Source of the DNA: Octopus vulgaris
Lineage: Eukaryota
NCBI GenBank assembly: GCA_951406725.2
Contig: OX597815.1
Span: 69,874,001 to 69,938,000 of the forward strand
Reading direction: 5' to 3'
Length of the DNA stretch: 64,000 nucleotides
Of the stretch, positions 59,418-64,000 are shown piece after piece. The notes beneath the pieces are model-generated. The model was given only the letters and a program-made list of their open reading frames with translations. It made no database searches and was not told where the DNA came from. The translations under genes were made by a program, and so were the position numbers. Each line of letters begins with the position of its first letter. Positions within the stretch are counted from its first letter, which is position 1.

Positions 59418-60049
59418 AGTGAAACCTTCAATACAAGAGAATAAAAACAGCAACAGTTACCAGAGCCCCTGATGTAAAAGCGAGCATCCTAATAAATAAC
59501 AACTGTTCAATCAATATAGGATTGTTACAATAAATATAGGGGCTTGTTCAATCAGTAGATTCTCTGATAAATTAAATGGCTAATTAAATAATTAAATAAT
59601 GGAATAATTAGATAATGTAATAATTAAATACGATAACAAGTTTGATGTTTCCCCAATAAAAGCAAAATGCATTCGTTTCATTAATTTTGTTCTCAGTTTA
59701 TCTCGAGTATATTTCCACGGTGTATGCAGTTTTATTTGGGAGGGGGAGTTCTATTTTTTATCAGAATTTAGTGAAATTGGAATAGATATTTCCTTTTCTT
59801 ATGTTTTTACATTTAGCTTTTTTCTCCTTTATTTACAGTCAAACAAAATAATGCCCAACGCAAACCCATTCTGAGTCCTAATCTCAAGGATTTGGTTGGT
59901 CAGTGTTGACCAAATTTCTACACTTCTATGCGCAGGGCTAGGCAAGATTCTTTTTTTATAAATAGTATGACTTGCCCAGACATGTAAGTCCCCTTTCTCC
60001 ACTCCATGCCACCAATGTTTAATCAATGCTTATTCAATTTTCCTGATCC

Positions 60050-60210
60050 CACTGACGGTTCCGCCAATCCATCGATTTGGTTTAGTATATTATTATTTTT
60101 TTTATCGATCTGATAAACAAGAAAGATAAAATTGACTTTGTCGGGATTTGGACTCAGAAACCAGAGAGTCGGAATAAATACTGCCACAAGACGTTCTAAC
60201 CAACTCGCCG
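60050..60210 (-). mobile_element. SINE family B (degenerate)
   Basis: Reverse complement CGGCGAGTTGGTTAGAACG...TTCTGAGTCCAAATCCCGACAAAGTCAA. Confidence 0.65.
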
Positions 60211-60954
60211 TTTTGAGTCCACTAGAGAAGGGCAGATTATGAAACTGTAAAAGTAATTTATATCATAACAAAGAAAGTTGTTTATTAATTAGTTATGAGT
60301 GTGAAACTTTTACTCGTGAAAGCAATTGCCACAAGTCTACACTGCGAGGAAAATTCTTAAAAATTCACATTACAATATATTTTTTATCAAAATGTAGTTT
60401 ACGAGGTCCTTTTATTATTAAAGATTTCAACAGCACAATTCAATCAGAAAGCTAAATTTTAATTCACTGTGAGATCGTCAGCATTTAACGCCCCACCTCC
60501 TATCTATCTATCTTTCAATCCATCTATCTTTTCATCTCTTCTTTGTTTACAGTTATACACATCACAGCAGTTTCAAACATGACATATACTTGCAAATATG
60601 ATATCTAGAGGGCGGTGTTTCTGCTAGACTCATTAATAAAACGATATTGTAAAAAGTAAAAAGCTAACATAGAAAGTTAACACTATTATTATAAGTAGAT
60701 TATAAAAAGTCATCTCAATTTGGCGACTAAAATTACAACGTCTGGCTAAAGTACCTGTAAACTAGGCCCAGCTGAAAGTCCCTGTAACTGGGCTTGTCAC
60801 TCGGGGTACTATGTCATATGTGGGGTTCTCTATGTACAAGGTGGGGAAATATACGAAAATAATAAATAAAACAAAACATTAGATTTGATAATTTGATAGA
60901 GCCACTGTCATTTCTATAATTGTTGCTTTAGTCCTTCTTTTAAGCTTTAAATAT

Positions 60955-61205
60955 TTCAGTCGTTGGACTGCGGCCATGCTGGGGCACCGCCTTTTCTACT
61001 CTAGGCACAAGGCCCAAAATTTTGGGGGAGGGGCCAGTCGATTAGATTGACCCCAGTACGCAACTGGTACTTAATTTATCGATCCCGAAAAGATGAAAGG
61101 CAAAGTCGACCTCGGCGGAATTTGAACTCAGAACGTAAAGACAGACGAAATACCTATTTCTTTATTGCCCACAAGGGGCTAAACATAGAGGGGACAAACA
61201 AGGAC
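60955..61205 (-). mobile_element. Young SINE family B copy abutting a family A 3' stub
   Basis: Family A stub TTTCAGTCGTTGGACTGCGGCCATGCTGGGGCACCGCC (60955-60992), then TTTTCTACTCTAGGCACAAGGCCC...AAAGTCGACCTCGGCGGAATTTGAACTCAGAACG. Confidence 0.88.
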
Positions 61206-61483
61206 ATGCCATTAAGAGAAAGGATAGATTTTATTGTTTGAAAATGTAGCCTTTTTTCTGGCTCAATAACCGTCATCAGCACGGCGATTATTCTTCTACC
61301 TATCTCTAGTAGCCAAAGGATTTAGATTTATACAAAAAAGAGTATATAAAAGAAAAAGTTTGGGAGTCGAAACCGCGATCTTCTGATCGTAAATGCAACA
61401 ACCTAATCACTAGACCATGCGCCATGCTCGATGGAGAAGAGATGGGGTGCTGTCACCGAGCTGTGGTTCATTACACGCGCGCG

Positions 61484-61524
<41 letters not shown>

Positions 61525-61868
61525 TTTTATATACTCTTTTATGGCCTAGATAATTTACATAATTCAAACATAATGAGCCAAGAGAAACAACTCGAAGTGA
61601 CTAGTGGCAATTCAATGAACAACATACAGGAATGTAGGTTACTCCACGAATAGCGTACACACACTGGAACGTTTTCGATGCTGAGTTCTCATAGAGAAGA
61701 TATTCTGATCTTTCACATCTTAAATTCGAAATTAAATTTATAAATTTTTTAACTGTTCCTTCTCAAGTGGAGTTGGTCACAATTATGATACATCCTCCAA
61801 AGGTGGAAATAATTTGAATAAATCAAGAATTTATCTTATATGGTATTTGATATACCATATACATGCCG

Positions 61869-62136
61869 CTTTATGGAGACCTGCCGAAAGTTAGCGAGAA
61901 AATCAGGCAAAGACAGCTGCAACTATTTGGTCACTGCATGTGCCACTCCGAAGTGGAAGCATCCAAATTAGTCTTGTGGGACCCACTACATGGTGATGTA
62001 AGAAAACGACGTGACACGTCGACAACTTGATTGCAGTCACTGGCCTGGAATGTATCCAGGACCTCGAGGCGGTGATGTTGGACAGAAAAGTGTGGCGAGT
62101 GGACTTTGTTGCTGCGACCCGGGTTGGAACCCAGCC

Positions 62137-62173
<37 letters not shown>
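61869..62173 (+). mobile_element. RTE-like LINE 3' end with (TAA)n tail
   Basis: LYGDLPKVSEKIRQRQLQLFGHC...LVLWDPLHG...VDNL...AVMLDRKVWR...QP*. The stop codon runs directly into (TAA)n. Confidence 0.85.
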
Positions 62174-62175
<2 letters not shown>

Positions 62176-62432
62176 CCGCTTTGAGTTATTTCTCTAAGCT
62201 CATTTATGTGTAAAGAATCGTCCTTGTTTGGCTCCGGTGCTGATCTTGAAGATATCTAAGATGTCACAATTGGGCCCCTCTCGTATGCCTTTGAGACAGG
62301 GTTTTTTTCATTCACGCGTAAATGCACAGGACAGTAATACGCGCGCACACACACACACACACACACTGACACACACACATAATGACATAGTGAAATCTAA
62401 AGGGTTGTGGTAGAAACAGTTGACTGGCCTAT

Positions 62433-62495
<63 letters not shown>

Positions 62496-62596
62496 AAATA
62501 ATAAGGGTGAAAAGTTGAATATTAATTTGATTAATATCAATTTAAAACCAAAGGCCTAGCATATTGAAAAATCTGAAGTTTCAGAAAAATTATATT

Positions 62597-62820
62597 ACAT
62601 ACATATAAGAAGGGATGATCACTAAGTGGACATTCATTATGCTAGGAGTAGACCCCCCTATGGTCTAACCACTAAGAAAAGATAGTTCTCAAGAAAATTC
62701 AGCAAACGTTCTGGCGTTTGCTGAATTTTCTTGAGAACAATCTTTTCTTAGTGGTAAGACCACAGAGGTCTACTTCTAGCATAATGGATGTCCACTTAGT
62801 GATAATCCCGCTTATATATG

Positions 62821-62825
<5 letters not shown>
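62597..62825. repeat. Long near-perfect inverted repeat (~110-bp arms, 6-nt loop)
   Basis: ...GTTCTCAAGAAAATTCAGCAAACG TTCTGG CGTTTGCTGAATTTTCTTGAGAAC..., extending out to ATCACTAAGTGGACAT / ATGTCCACTTAGTGAT. Confidence 0.96.
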
Positions 62826-62874
<49 letters not shown>

Positions 62875-63229
62875 TATAAAACATGTTTTTCTCGATATAT
62901 ATATATTCACATGTATGTACATTTACATAAGTAAATGCAAGTTAATTTACATATATGTAAATCTGTTTAACAGAATATGTTTATGCATGAAGATGTATAT
63001 GTGTATGGTTTTGTACAAGTAGAAACGCCAAGTATGTCTCTCTAAGTGTTTGGGGGATGGCGGTGTGGATGCACGTGTTCTACACGTGTTCGTTCTTGCA
63101 GAACTATATAACCATCCGCCGCACCTCACCCCTCCATCACGACGACCATGTCTACCATTAACACCATCGCCAAAACCACCACCGCCATCACTAGTCATCC
63201 AACATGGCGAACCACAAGCTGCAAGATAA

Positions 63230-63950
63230 AATAGAGAAAGAGAAAAAATCTACAAAGGGAGTCGCTGTGATGTGCAGGAAGAGAACAGTTTACATACTAA
63301 AATAAGTGTAGGAGAGAGGGTAGGTAATAGTAACAAGAGAGGAGTGAAACTGGTGGAAATGACTGAGTAGGAGTGGGAGTGTGAGTAGAAGAAACAGTGA
63401 GAGTGTGTGAGGATCAGATTCCAGAAGTCGTAGGAAGAGGTGATATGAGAAAGGACGACAGAAGAAAAAGAAAGAAAGAGGAGAAAAGACAAAATGTGTA
63501 GTGAGGAGAGAGAGTAGGAGAGAATGACTATGTGACAGATTGAAACAACGTAGAATATAGGGAGGGAAAGAATGATAGCGAGATGGGGGAAGAGAGAGAG
63601 GGGAATTGAAACAGAGGGGGTATATATTGAAAGTATAAGAGAGTAACTGAAACAAAGGAGAGAAAGAGTGAGTAAATATACAAGAGGGAGAGAATAAAAG
63701 GGTACAAAAGTGTGTTAGAGGAAAGTGTCGAAGAATATGTAAAAAAAAAATGGGGTACTGGAGTGGAAAGAAAGGAATGAAAATGAAGATAGGAGTAAGA
63801 AAATATCATGAAGAAAGAAGAGACTAAAACATGGGAGAGAAATAGAATAAAAGAGTTTCTGAAGAGAAAGAAACGGGTGGAATAGAGAGGGAATATCGAA
63901 AGTTCCAGGGAAGGATTGTGGGAGATTGGGAAAGATGAGAATAGTAACAA
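63230..63950 (+). repeat. Polypurine (GA-rich) low-complexity tract
   Basis: The plus strand is strongly A/G-biased. Confidence 0.85.
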
Positions 63951-63962
63951 AATGTTGGCTAT

Positions 63963-64000
63963 AGGCGAAGGCGTGGCTGTGTGGTAAAAAGTTTGCTTCC
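63963..64000 (+). mobile_element. SINE family A head, cut by the window end
   Basis: AGGCGAAGGCGTGGCTGTGTGGTAAAAAGTTTGCTTCC. Confidence 0.8.

Overview
AT-rich eukaryotic non-coding DNA, very rich in microsatellites ((TA)n, (TATG)n, (GATA)n, (CA)n, (CT)n, (TAA)n). The SINE families and microsatellite load point to an octopod cephalopod, most likely Octopus; this is inferred from recalled repeat consensus sequences, not from a search. No host protein-coding gene is supported, and nearly all listed ORFs are microsatellite translations. Recognisable content is transposon-derived. Non-LTR elements: a nearly intact 3' RTE LINE with an inverted 5' segment and a 16-bp TSD, four R4/Dong-like fragments (three next to (TAA)n), a Tx1/L1-like 3' end and a second RTE 3' end. 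DNA transposons: a DD36E Tc1 element, a DD37D (maT) remnant, a mariner nested in another mariner, and Helitron-like pieces. Also present are many tRNA-derived SINEs and a tRNA-Glu 3' half. Most notable observations: (1) hammerhead ribozyme motifs in short elements sitting in (TA)n tracts, (2) a head-to-tail array of about 11 diverged ~200-bp CAA-tailed units at 5.3-10.1 kb, (3) a stack of three elements separated by (TAA)n at 47.5-50.3 kb, (4) the 5'-inverted RTE, and (5) a ~230-bp near-perfect hairpin at 62.6-62.8 kb. Boundaries were read by eye and are approximate unless a TIR or TSD is cited.
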